Origin: Wolbachia endosymbiont of Drosophila innubila
GTDB lineage: Bacteria > Pseudomonadota > Alphaproteobacteria > Rickettsiales > Anaplasmataceae
Reading direction: 5' to 3'
NCBI RefSeq assembly: GCF_021378375.1
Contig: NZ_CP076228.1
Span: forward strand, 720,001 to 752,000
DNA: 32,000 bases
Of this stretch, positions 1 through 8,675 are shown one piece after another. Within the stretch, counting starts at the first letter, position 1. Every line of letters begins with the position of its first letter. A program made the position numbers and the translations under genes. The notes under the pieces were generated by a model. That model did not search any database, was not told the DNA's origin, and saw nothing but the letters and a program-made list of their open reading frames with translations.

Positions 1-1233
1 TCCAAAGCACTACTTCATTCTTCCTATCAGTATGCTCACACGAAAAATGATCTGTCGAAGCTTGGCATAAAAATTAAGGATGCAAGTTTCGATTTAAAAG
101 AAATGCTAGGCTATAAGGACGCCAGAGTTCAGGAACTTGGAAAAGGTATAGAATATCTGTTTAACCTTCACAAAATCACTAAAATCAATGGGCTTGCTTC
201 TTTTGACCAAGGTAATCTTGAAGTTTCAGTTGAAGGTAAGGTGCTGAAGACAAAAAATATAGTAATTGCAACCGGTTCTGACGTTATTTCTTTGCCAGGA
301 ATTAATATCGATGAGAAAAGTATTATTTCATCAACTGGTGCATTATCTTTAACTGAAGTACCAAAAAAACTTGTCGTAATCGGAGCCGGGGCAATAGGGC
401 TTGAAATGTCTTCTGTATGGAGGAGGCTAGGGTCTGAAGTCACTGTAGTAGAATTTTTTGACAGAATCGCTGCAGCAATGGATGGAGAATTAAGTAAGTC
501 TCTACTTTCTAGTCTACAAAAACAAGGAATAAAATTTTTACTTAGCACTAAAGTTGAGGAGATAAAACAAAGTAGTAATTCTTTGAGTGTGAAAGTTTGC
601 TCTGTAAAAGATAATCAAACAAACACTATAGAGGCGGATAAGGTATTGGTGGCAGCAGGACGCAAACCATGCACTGAGAATCTTGGTATTGATGAAAAAA
701 TAGAAAAAGATAATCGCGGTTTCGTTCAAGTTAACAACAGATATGAAACTAATGTGAAAGGAATATTTGCTATTGGTGATGTGATCGGTGGAGCAATGCT
801 TGCTCATAAAGCAGAGGAAGAAGGAGTGGCAGTTGCAGAGATAATAGCAGGACAGTCACCTCACGTTGATTATGGAATCATACCATCTGTCATTTACACT
901 CACCCTGCGGTTTCTTCGATTGGTAAAACCGAAGAGGAACTCAAAAATGCTGGCCGTAAGTACAAAGTTGGTAAATGTCAATTTGCTGCAAACGGCAGAG
1001 CAAAAATCACTGATGATGCTGAAGGATTCGTGAAAGTGCTGACTTGTAGCAGAGCAGATACAATACTAGGTGTGCATATCATAGGAGCATACGCTGATAC
1101 GCTAATCAACGAAGCAGCAGTTGCAATGGCATATAGCGCAGCAGCAGAGGATATATACAGAATTTGTCACTCTCATCCTGATATAAATGAAGCCTTTCGA
1201 GATGCGTGCATCGATGCTTTCTTTAAAAAATAA
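1..1233 (+). CDS. lpdA: dihydrolipoyl dehydrogenase (E3 component), 5' end upstream of window
   Basis: Frame 1 is open from base 1 (SKALLHSSYQYAH... precedes the listed Met at 103). It has the NAD Rossmann motif VVIGAGAIGLEMSSVW, FAIGDV, and the C-terminal HSHPDINEAFRDA signature of class I pyridine-nucleotide disulfide oxidoreductases. Confidence 0.9.
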   Translation, partial: SKALLHSSYQYAHTKNDLSKLGIKIKDASFDLKEMLGYKDARVQELGKGIEYLFNLHKITKINGLASFDQGNLEVSVEGKVLKTKNIVIATGSDVISLPGINIDEKSIISSTGALSLTEVPKKLVVIGAGAIGLEMSSVWRRLGSEVTVVEFFDRIAAAMDGELSKSLLSSLQKQGIKFLLSTKVEEIKQSSNSLSVKVCSVKDNQTNTIEADKVLVAAGRKPCTENLGIDEKIEKDNRGFVQVNNRYETNVKGIFAIGDVIGGAMLAHKAEEEGVAVAEIIAGQSPHVDYGIIPSVIYTHPAVSSIGKTEEELKNAGRKYKVGKCQFAANGRAKITDDAEGFVKVLTCSRADTILGVHIIGAYADTLINEAAVAMAYSAAAEDIYRICHSHPDINEAFRDACIDAFFKK

Positions 1234-1235
1234 TT

Positions 1236-2165
1236 GTGGACCTCGGTTCAATCATTGAAAAATGGTATGAGTGGCTGAGGTGCAACAGATCTTATTCACC
1301 AAACACTTTAGAGTCATACATGAGGGACTTGAAGGATCTTATAAGTTTCCTAAATACTCACATTGGTGGAGAAGTAAATGTCGGCACTTTGGAAAAATTG
1401 AGCGTACCTGAGTTAAGAAGTTGGCTTACCTCTCGTTACGCAAGAGGTGTAAACGCAAGATCCAACACTCGAGCACTCTCAGTAATCAGAAATTTCTTCA
1501 AGTACATAAAAAATAACCACAATATAGACAATGAAGCTGTATTTTCCTTATCAAGGCCAATTCAGAGAAGAACTTTGCCCAAAGCATTATCAATACCTGA
1601 TATAAAAACTTTATTGAAAGAAATGAAACTATCCGATCTGGGCGAATCTTGGGTGGTAAAAAGAGAAATTGCGATTATCGTCCTGCTATATAGTACAGGC
1701 TTAAGAATCAGCGAAGCGTTGAACCTTAGGGTTAGTGATATTAGCAATGAAAGTTTAATAGTAACAGGTAAGGGAGATAAACAAAGGCAGGTATTCATTC
1801 TTCCGGTAGTAAAAAAGTGTATACAAGAATATGTAAAAGCCTGTCCTTATCTTGGCACTAATAATGAAACACAATATCTTTTTTTGGGAGTAAGAGGAAA
1901 AAAATTGGGAAGAACTTATGTGGCCAATCGTTTGCAAAAAATAAGGAGAATGTTAAATTTACCAGAAATTTTATCTCCACATGCATTTCGCCATAGTTTT
2001 GCTACTCATTTGCTTCAGGAAGATATTGACATAAGATCAATACAACAACTGCTTGGTCACTCAAGCCTGGAAACTACTCAAATTTACACTCACCTCAATT
2101 ATCAAGATGTTTTTAACATGTACAAAAATTTTCAGCAGGGCCTGGAGAAGAAATCAAAACTTTAA
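1236..2165 (+). CDS. xerC: tyrosine site-specific recombinase, XerC/XerD family
   Basis: GTG start 2 nt after the lpdA stop. N-terminal SAM-like core-binding region (SPNTLESYMRDL). Catalytic residues are in the expected order: GLRISEA (Arg), HAFRHSFATHLL (H-x-x-R), LGHSSLETTQIYTH (His...Tyr). The XerC versus XerD choice is tentative, based on remembered resemblance to Rickettsia XerC. Confidence 0.85.
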   Translation: MDLGSIIEKWYEWLRCNRSYSPNTLESYMRDLKDLISFLNTHIGGEVNVGTLEKLSVPELRSWLTSRYARGVNARSNTRALSVIRNFFKYIKNNHNIDNEAVFSLSRPIQRRTLPKALSIPDIKTLLKEMKLSDLGESWVVKREIAIIVLLYSTGLRISEALNLRVSDISNESLIVTGKGDKQRQVFILPVVKKCIQEYVKACPYLGTNNETQYLFLGVRGKKLGRTYVANRLQKIRRMLNLPEILSPHAFRHSFATHLLQEDIDIRSIQQLLGHSSLETTQIYTHLNYQDVFNMYKNFQQGLEKKSKL

Positions 2166-2286
2166 CTTCGTTCTAAACCACCAAGCTGAGTGCTTTCAAC
2201 ATCACTAAGTATTGTGTTTGCTTTATATAAACTACAACATCCTAATAAAAAAAAAGCCAGTGCAACTGCTGTAAAGAAAGCACTTA
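2162..2286 (-). pseudogene. displaced 3' end of the ankyrin/TM gene interrupted by the IS at 2287-3197
   Basis: Removing the IS and one TTA duplication lets the 3166..4710 frame continue for 41 codons, SAFFTAVALAFFLLGCCSLYKANTILSDVESTQLGGLERS*. This is a second hydrophobic helix ending at TAA (2162-2164), overlapping the xerC stop. Confidence 0.7.
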
Positions 2287-2310
2287 GAGGTTGTCCGGAA
2301 ACTAGTAAAT

Positions 2311-2775
2311 TCAAGCATATTCCCTCTTTAACATAACCCTACTCATAGCTAGGTATATGAAATTCTCAGTGGATGTTGTGAGTAAATCATACTCCTTCGA
2401 TAGCCTTCTATTCCTATTAACCCAAGCAAAAGTCCTTTCTACAACCCATCTTCTTGGCTGTACTTTAAACCCTTGTTCTCTTGTTGGTAGTAGCTCAGGT
2501 GGCGTATCTTTGTGCACCCAAAATCTACATGGAGGCCTTTTAACAATTTCAATATCTATGTCATATTCTTCCTTTATGTGATTCTTTAAATTTCTTCCTT
2601 GGTATCCCATGTCAGCCCACATTTTTAACTTTAGTATATTTTGTTCTCATATTGTTTAATGCTATTTTAATACCATCTCTATCATTTTCGTTAGCAGCGC
2701 CTACGTAACAACCTAGTATAAAACCCTGAGTGTCTGTAATTATATGCCTTTTTTACCCTTTACTTTTTACTTCCA
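2311..2775 (-). pseudogene. IS5-family transposase catalytic part (orfB), reading frame broken
   Basis: The C-terminal 103 aa (ADMGYQG...RWVVERTFAW...RRLSKEYD, DDE region) are open at 2311-2622. The upstream YDGSKK / RHIITDTQGF...ANENDRDG segment lies in other frames, with breaks at A-runs. Confidence 0.75.
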
Positions 2776-3138
2776 TCATAGCTTTGATCCCCCCTTTTCT
2801 GTAGTCTTTACAGATTGACTATCTACTATACAGGCACTCGGCTGCTCATTCTTTCCTATTTTTCTTCTACTATATTTTGTAATTTCATAATTCATTTTCT
2901 CAAAAATTCCCTGCTTCTTCCATTGCCTGAACTGCTCATACACAGTCTTCCATAGCGGAAAATCATTTGGTAAATACCGCCATTGACACCCTGTACGCAA
3001 TACATAGAAAATTGCTTCTAATATTTCTTTTTTGCTATACTTTGGCAGCCTTCCTCCTTTCTTGTATGATACTCTGAAGTGTTTTTCTATTCTTGCCCAT
3101 TCCCTTTCGCTTAGATCTGTTGGATACTTTTTTCTCAT
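2776..3138 (-). CDS. IS5-family transposase, N-terminal ORF (orfA, HTH region)
   Basis: 120 aa with YVLRTGCQWRYLP and SACIVDSQSVKTTEKGG, typical of the IS5-family N-terminal DNA-binding part. Confidence 0.85.
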   Translation of the reverse strand: MRKKYPTDLSEREWARIEKHFRVSYKKGGRLPKYSKKEILEAIFYVLRTGCQWRYLPNDFPLWKTVYEQFRQWKKQGIFEKMNYEITKYSRRKIGKNEQPSACIVDSQSVKTTEKGGSKL

Positions 3139-3165
3139 CTTTACCCCGTACTAAAATTTCAGATA

Positions 3166-4710
3166 TTATAGCCTTTTACTTGTTTCCGGACAACCTCTTA
3201 TTATCCCTGGATAATCTTCTATTACTAAACATGCAACAACAGTATATACTCCAAGCAATATAAAACATGCAGAAGCGTAGTTGCTCAGTTTTCTACCAGA
3301 AGAAATTGCTTGCGAGGATTTTTCGTTTTTATTACTACGGAGCAGTCTATTTTCTGATGAAAGCCTATCTCTTTCTTCCCTTACTTGTTTCAAATCTCTT
3401 TTTAATCGTGAAATTTCGACAGTGTCGCTTGCTCTTCCATACACAATTCTATTAAGTCGAGTTACTTCACTATTTAGATCATTGATTTTTGTTTTTTGAG
3501 CCGATTTTTCCTGCCTTAAATCTTCTTCTAACTGTGAAATTTTGTTAATGCCTCTCGTTCTTTCGCGTACGACCCTATCCAGCTCTCGTTCTTTTTCTAT
3601 GAGTTGAGCTTTCGTTCTTTCAAGTTCACCTTTAAGTTCTTGTATAACTTGCTCAGAACCTACCGGTATATCATTCGTACTTGCCAAAGGTTGTAATGTA
3701 TTTGCAGGAAATTTTTCATTTAGATAATTTGTAATAGATTCGATTGGATTATTAACACCCCTCAATGCAGCAGTAACAATTGCATGACTCATGAAGCAAT
3801 TATCTTCTACTAATTTTTTTACATCATCTAAATCTTTTTTATTAATAGTAGCGGTTAATCGCTCTGTAATGGCTTGTTCAATTATTTGCTTCACCCACGA
3901 ATTTTGCTCTATAGCTTGTATTGGCTTTATTTGACTAAAATCTAGCTCTTCATGTTTTAAAAGTTTTGTCAATACTTCTTTGTTATCTGATGTTATTCCT
4001 TGTAAACATGATTGAATAATTAAGCTAAGCGGCGTTTCTATTTCTTCATTTTGGCTTCTTTTCCAGCAATTAGGGTTAAACTCTTGATTTAATGGTCTTT
4101 TCGCTTGGTAAATGTTTCTGCTAGAAAGAGCACCTAACAACTCGTTTGCTTTTTGTGCTTTTTTAAATTCTAATTTTATTACGCGCTCAAATCCTCTTGT
4201 AATACAATCTTTAGAGCTTTTATATTCATAATTTTTGATATCAGTTTTTATATCTGGGTGCGTGAGCAATATTTTTACCACATCTTTAGCCCCAATTTGA
4301 CAAGCAATATGTAAAGCTGTGTCTTTGCGTATATTAGATGTTGTTATAAATCCTGATATTTGAATTTGTGTACTAAGATCATATCTCGTCCGTGTTGTAG
4401 ACACAGATTGCTTACTCTGAGCATTAATATTGATACTTCTGTTTTGTATAAGCAATTTAGCCATTTTCTCTAACGTAGCCTGTCCATTACCGCTGACAGC
4501 GCAGACATTGACAATAGACATCAAAGGTGTCATGCCCTCCTTATCAAACGCATTAACATCCGCACCTTCTTTCAGAGCTTGTTTAAAAGCTTCCGGGTTT
4601 TCGTTATCAATAGCCTTAAATAACTTTTGTGTTGGTTCATCGAGCTGTCTTGAAGTTGTCTGATTATATCTATAACCATTAGTATTTATCCCATCCCCTC
4701 TATAAAGCAT
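3166..4710 (-). CDS. ankyrin-repeat, coiled-coil, C-terminal transmembrane protein; 3' end replaced by IS sequence
   Basis: ANK motifs (GADVNAFDKEGMTPLM, DTALHIACQIGAKDVVKILL). Long heptad-like charged segment (ELKGELERTKAQLIEKERELDRV...RLKRDLKQVREERDRL). Hydrophobic helix ACFILLGVYTVVACLVI. The last 10 codons (RGCPETSKRL*) are encoded by the IS terminal repeat. Confidence 0.85.
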   Translation of the reverse strand: MLYRGDGINTNGYRYNQTTSRQLDEPTQKLFKAIDNENPEAFKQALKEGADVNAFDKEGMTPLMSIVNVCAVSGNGQATLEKMAKLLIQNRSININAQSKQSVSTTRTRYDLSTQIQISGFITTSNIRKDTALHIACQIGAKDVVKILLTHPDIKTDIKNYEYKSSKDCITRGFERVIKLEFKKAQKANELLGALSSRNIYQAKRPLNQEFNPNCWKRSQNEEIETPLSLIIQSCLQGITSDNKEVLTKLLKHEELDFSQIKPIQAIEQNSWVKQIIEQAITERLTATINKKDLDDVKKLVEDNCFMSHAIVTAALRGVNNPIESITNYLNEKFPANTLQPLASTNDIPVGSEQVIQELKGELERTKAQLIEKERELDRVVRERTRGINKISQLEEDLRQEKSAQKTKINDLNSEVTRLNRIVYGRASDTVEISRLKRDLKQVREERDRLSSENRLLRSNKNEKSSQAISSGRKLSNYASACFILLGVYTVVACLVIEDYPGIIRGCPETSKRL

Positions 4711-4801
4711 ATTAAACCTACCTAATAATTTACTAATATAATTATGAAAAAGAAAAGGAAAAGGAAAATTGCAAGCGATTTATTCAAAATCCTAGAATTA
4801 A

Positions 4802-5749
4802 CTACGACTCTAAAAACTTTTCTGCATCAAGCGCAGCCATGCATCCTGTTCCTGCTGCAACTACTGCCTGACGATATACCTTATCTTGAACATCACCTGC
4901 AGCAAACACTCCTGCCCTACTAGTTAAAGTTGTTCCAGGTTTTGTAATGATGTAACCCTGCTCATCCATTTCAACAAAGCCTTTAAAAATACCCGTATTT
5001 GGTGCATGCCCGATTGCAATGAACACTCCATCCACTTTTAATTCTTGGGTTTTATCGATCTCTGCTGATTGAATCGCAATACCAGCAACCCTTTTTGGAT
5101 TTTCTTCTCCAAGAATCTGCTCTACGGTATGGTTCCACATTACTTTTATTTTATCATTTTTAAAGAGCCTATCTTGCATTACTTTTTCCGCTCTTAATTT
5201 ATCACGCCTGTGTATTAATATCACTTCTTTGGCAAATCGAGTTAAAAATATTGCTTCTTCAACAGCAGTGTTTCCACCACCAATCACAGCTACAACTTTA
5301 TTCCTAAAAAATGCACCATCGCAAGTCGCACAAGCTGAAACCCCATAACCCTGAAATTTCTTTTCACTTTCTAAACCAAGCCACTTCGCTTGCGCACCAG
5401 ATGCAATGATAATTGCATCTGAATAGTAGTCATTGATATTACCAGAAGATCTAAATCTATACTCATTAAAGTCCTCAAGTTGTTCAACGCTTTTTATCTC
5501 ATCATCTATTATTTTTGCTCCAACCTTTTCTGCATGAAACCTCATTTGCTCCATTAGTTCTGGACCCTGTATTGAAACAAAACCAGGATAGTTTTCAACA
5601 TCTGTAGTAATTGTAAGCTGACCACCAGGCTGCATTCCCGTTACTACAATTGGCTCTAAGTTTGCACGTGCTGCATATATAGCGGCAGCATAACCCGCTG
5701 CCCCAGATCCAATAATAAGAACTTTTGTACTAAATTTATAATTCTTCAC
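4802..5749 (-). CDS. trxB: thioredoxin-disulfide reductase
   Basis: 315 aa with FAD motif IIGSGAAGYAAA, redox-active CATCDG, NADPH motif VIGGGNTAVEEA and C-terminal FAAGDV. Confidence 0.93.
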   Translation of the reverse strand: MKNYKFSTKVLIIGSGAAGYAAAIYAARANLEPIVVTGMQPGGQLTITTDVENYPGFVSIQGPELMEQMRFHAEKVGAKIIDDEIKSVEQLEDFNEYRFRSSGNINDYYSDAIIIASGAQAKWLGLESEKKFQGYGVSACATCDGAFFRNKVVAVIGGGNTAVEEAIFLTRFAKEVILIHRRDKLRAEKVMQDRLFKNDKIKVMWNHTVEQILGEENPKRVAGIAIQSAEIDKTQELKVDGVFIAIGHAPNTGIFKGFVEMDEQGYIITKPGTTLTSRAGVFAAGDVQDKVYRQAVVAAGTGCMAALDAEKFLES

Positions 5750-6335
5750 TGTATGAGTTTAGATAATCAGCTACTCCTTCATCGCTTGCCTGCATTGCTG
5801 GCTTACCTTTCTTCCACCCTGCTGGACATACTTCACCATGCTCCTCATTATGTTTAATTGCATCAACGATTCTAACGAATTCATCGATATTACGCCCTAA
5901 AGGCAAATCATTTATCGATTGATGACGTACAATAAATTTATCATCAATAACGAAAGTTGCTCTCAGCGCAATTGAGTCATCATATAAGACCCCATAGTCT
6001 CTTGATATAGACTTTTTGATATCAGACACTAAAGTGTAGCTAATCTCTCCAATACCACCATCATTAACTGGAGTGTTTCGCCATTTATAATGTGAAAATT
6101 TTGAATCTACACTTATTCCTATCACTTCAACACCACGCTTTGCAAACTCATTTATTCTATTATTGAGCGATATCAATTCAGTTGGGCAAACAAAAGTAAA
6201 ATCAAGTGGATAGAAAAAAAGGACAGCATACTTATTTTTTATGCGCTTACTCAGACAGAAATCATCAACAATTTCTCCGTCAGAGAGAACAGATGAAGCA
6301 GTAAAATCGATAGCAGATTTTGTTACAAGATTCAT
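5736..6335 (-). CDS. ahpC: typical 2-Cys peroxiredoxin (AhpC/Tsa family)
   Basis: 199 aa with peroxidatic site FTFVCPTE and resolving Cys in GEVCPAGW. It overlaps the trxB start by 14 nt, so it is likely co-transcribed. Confidence 0.9.
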   Translation of the reverse strand: MNLVTKSAIDFTASSVLSDGEIVDDFCLSKRIKNKYAVLFFYPLDFTFVCPTELISLNNRINEFAKRGVEVIGISVDSKFSHYKWRNTPVNDGGIGEISYTLVSDIKKSISRDYGVLYDDSIALRATFVIDDKFIVRHQSINDLPLGRNIDEFVRIVDAIKHNEEHGEVCPAGWKKGKPAMQASDEGVADYLNSYSEEL

Positions 6336-6364
6336 AATTAACCTATTCTTTTAAAATAACTTTA

Positions 6365-6393
6365 ATTTTACATCTTGATAAACTTATATGCAA
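6365..6393 (-). promoter_or_regulatory. candidate sigma70-type promoter of ahpC-trxB
   Basis: The minus strand reads TTGCAT, 17 nt, TAAAAT, ending about 30 nt upstream of the ahpC ATG. Confidence 0.45.
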
Positions 6394-6500
6394 GTTTTCT
6401 TTGGTTTTAGTCCTATAAAAACTTCCTAAAATAGCTCTTCTTTTTTACCGATAAGATACAATCCAGGTTGGAATACTGAGTTGGTGAGTATAAAATTCTA

Positions 6501-6669
6501 CGTCATGCCACCGCGAACCGTCATACCGCCACGGTATCTCAGCCGCTCACAAGTAGCGGGATGACGAGCTTATCGTCATGCCACCGCGAACCGTCATACC
6601 GCCACGAACCGTCATACCGCGATTCATTCGCGGTATCTCTAGATCCCGCTAACAAGTAGCGGGATGACG
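6501..6669. repeat. cluster of short palindromic intergenic elements (family 1: CGTCATaCCGC...GCGGGATGACG)
   Basis: Several nested or tandem copies of a hairpin-forming unit. The same unit recurs at 27812-27956 and 30581-30632. It resembles the small palindromic repeats described in Wolbachia/Rickettsia intergenic DNA. Confidence 0.8.
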
Positions 6670-7163
6670 GTTGTCGTTTAGCTATAAATGTTAAAAAATT
6701 TGCCAAACGAAAAAAAAGGCAAAAGAAGCCCCGTGGTTGGCTAATTACTTACATTATACTTTCAAGTATGGCGTTTTTTTATTCTAAACGTTTAATAACC
6801 GCGATTCAGTTGCTTTTAAGCCGCAACTAATCTAAATTATAAACATTAAGAAATTTACTAAACAGAAAAAAAGGCAAAAGAAACCCTAGGGTAGCTAGTT
6901 ATTCACTATCCATTTTTTAAGTTGGCGTTTTTTTATGTTTTAAATGCTTTATAAGCGCATTTTAGCTTATATTAGGTAAAAACCTAGAAGCTTTATAAAG
7001 ACATAAGGTGCACATAGTGCAAAAAATTAAACATGAGACGCCAGATACGTGAGTTTTTTTGTCATTTAATCTGTACAGAGAAGATAAATAAATAGCTTCA
7101 GTTTTATGATAAGGGAGTTGGCGGAGTTTGTCAAGTAAGTTTTTCGCTTCTGCGGGCTACTTG
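6670..7163. repeat. long non-coding dispersed repeat, copy 1 (two ~150-bp tandem sub-units plus conserved distal block)
   Basis: Colinear with 27957-28452. Internal sub-units begin near 6684 and 6838 and share AA(A/G)AAATTT.C.AAAC..AAAAAAAGGCAAAAGAA.CCC ... GGCGTTTTTTTAT. No ORF is conserved between the two copies. Confidence 0.8.
7106..7134 (-). promoter_or_regulatory. near-consensus sigma70-type promoter inside repeat copy 1
   Basis: The minus strand reads TTGACA (7134-7129), exactly 17 nt, TATCAT (7111-7106). Hexamers and spacing are identical at 28396-28424, although the spacer sequence differs. Confidence 0.5.
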
Positions 7164-7200
7164 AATAACGGCTACAATGTTCATACAGCTATGTACATAG

Positions 7201-7246
7201 CTGGAATCCAAAAAAAGAACCAAGTAGCCAAGCTACTTGGATGACA
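7201..7246. repeat. short palindromic element (family 2 fragment)
   Basis: CTGGAATCCA...CCAAGTAGCcaaGCTACTTGGATGACA. The hairpin CCAAGTAGC/GCTACTTGG is related to elements at 18526-18645, 23643-23672 and 27598-27765. Confidence 0.65.
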
Positions 7247-7283
7247 GAAGGTAATATAAGAAGTCTATTGGCTCTCGTATACC

Positions 7284-8153
7284 TTAGTGAAACTTAACAA
7301 GTTTATCTATAGTTTTAGTGATGATTCTTGGAGTATCCGGAGAAACTGCTGAGCTCAGCCTATTTAGTCGCTCTATAGCAAACTCGCTGTTCTCATTTGT
7401 TATGAAATCACATAAAATATTTTCTATATCCTTAGTAACACTTTCATGCTTCCTCAGAGGATGATTATGTGGATACCTATTGATGGTTCTGATGCTAGAA
7501 TACTCAACAAAAGCTTGATCCTTAAAAGCAAGTTGTCTCAATTTCTCTTTGAATTTTCCTTCTTCCTCTTTTGCTAAAAGGCGAGACTTTATCAGTGATT
7601 TTATAATCAAATTTATAGCTTGATGCATTTCAGAATGCACTATAACTTTAATGGTATTTTCTTCTACTATACAATCATAAATACTTTTTTCGCTCTTTAG
7701 TGACTCTATAAGCGTTCTGCTATTTTGTGAATTCAATTCCAAATTCTCTTCACTCATAGGAGTTATTATGAAGGTGTTCTTACTCACTCTGATGTTAAAT
7801 TGTGGAGAGCCTTCAGAAAAGGAAGCTACATCCTTAAATTCAAGTGCATGATTGTATGCAGCAAAAAGGGTGTGTGCTATAACACTACTGGGCACCTTCA
7901 TTCCATGTTTACTCAGGTGGTTCAATACATTTTCAACCTCATGATATGTAAAGTCTGTATCTTTTAGCAATTCAACAGCTTCTATGCCGTTGTGTTGTTT
8001 ATACTCTATTCTCACTTCTTCTGTAAAAAGTGTTTTAGCTGCTATATGTTTATCAAGCACTGTGAAAATCTTGATGAAATTCTCTAAATCTTGTTTGTTA
8101 ACTAATTCGATACTAATTAAGTTTCTGCTAATAATTGAAATATTTTTTGTCAT
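7284..8153 (-). CDS. hypothetical protein, 289 aa, no recognisable domain
   Basis: Long uninterrupted ORF with host-like codon usage. Predicted soluble and Lys/Glu/Ile-rich. I recognise no motif. Confidence 0.6.
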   Translation of the reverse strand: MTKNISIISRNLISIELVNKQDLENFIKIFTVLDKHIAAKTLFTEEVRIEYKQHNGIEAVELLKDTDFTYHEVENVLNHLSKHGMKVPSSVIAHTLFAAYNHALEFKDVASFSEGSPQFNIRVSKNTFIITPMSEENLELNSQNSRTLIESLKSEKSIYDCIVEENTIKVIVHSEMHQAINLIIKSLIKSRLLAKEEEGKFKEKLRQLAFKDQAFVEYSSIRTINRYPHNHPLRKHESVTKDIENILCDFITNENSEFAIERLNRLSSAVSPDTPRIITKTIDKLVKFH

Positions 8154-8268
8154 TTTTTCCCACTAAAAAAACTCACTGAATGAATTGTATTTTTAATTCA
8201 TTAAGAATTGTTTAAAGTGAGCATACTAGTTTTCATTTACGTATTACACGACAAAACAAGATAAAAAG

Positions 8269-8607
8269 TTACATAAAATCATCATGTGGTATAACACACT
8301 CTCCACATTCATCATTGCTGTTTGTGTAGGTTGTGACATCAGTGTGATTGTCATTATTATTTAGCATATCATCCAACTTTCCTTCTTTTTCAAGATCCAT
8401 CAATTTGTCACACCCCCCCATGTGCTTATCGTTGATAAAAATCTGTGGAACTGTTCTAACGTTATACTTTGATTTTATGTCGTTAAATAGATCTGAGTTT
8501 TTGAGCACATCAATTTCTTCATACTTCACACCTTTTTTATCTAGTAAATCCTTTGCCCTTATGCAGTATGGACAGCCCTTCTTTACATATATCACAACAT
8601 TTTTCAC
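8269..8607 (-). CDS. grxC: dithiol glutaredoxin with ~30-aa C-terminal extension
   Basis: The N-terminal ~80 aa are canonical Grx (VIYVKKGCPYCIRAK, TVPQIFI, GGCD). The tail NNNDNHTDVTTYTNSNDECGECVIPHDDFM adds a second C-x-x-C. Confidence 0.88.
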   Translation of the reverse strand: MKNVVIYVKKGCPYCIRAKDLLDKKGVKYEEIDVLKNSDLFNDIKSKYNVRTVPQIFINDKHMGGCDKLMDLEKEGKLDDMLNNNDNHTDVTTYTNSNDECGECVIPHDDFM

Positions 8608-8675
8608 AATTTATCTCCGTAGCTTACTAAAATATAGTTATTATATATAAGAAACATGTAAAAACATCAAATTGT

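Larger units (their letters stand above)
2287..3197 (-). mobile_element. IS5-family insertion sequence (IS1031/IS427-like, ISWpi-like), copy 1, 911 bp
   Basis: Terminal inverted repeats GAGGTTGTCCGGAAAC(T/A)AGTAAA at 2287 and, reverse-complemented, ending at 3197. Flanked by a perfect 3-bp TTA (TNA-type) direct duplication at 2284-2286 and 3198-3200. Transposase ORFs inside. Confidence 0.9.

Noticed and set aside
168-807. Minus-strand ORFs of 126 aa and 89 aa within lpdA
   Set aside because: They are antisense to a confidently identified gene, and their low-complexity translations are typical of shadow ORFs.
2357-2581. 74-aa ORF antisense to transposase orfB (also at 16554-16778)
   Set aside because: It is a shadow ORF of the DDE-coding frame, present in both IS copies only because the copies are identical.
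6684-6960. Tandem ~150-bp sub-units considered as a CRISPR-like or satellite array
   Set aside because: There are only two diverged units per locus, with no short unique spacers and no cas genes. The structure does not fit CRISPR.
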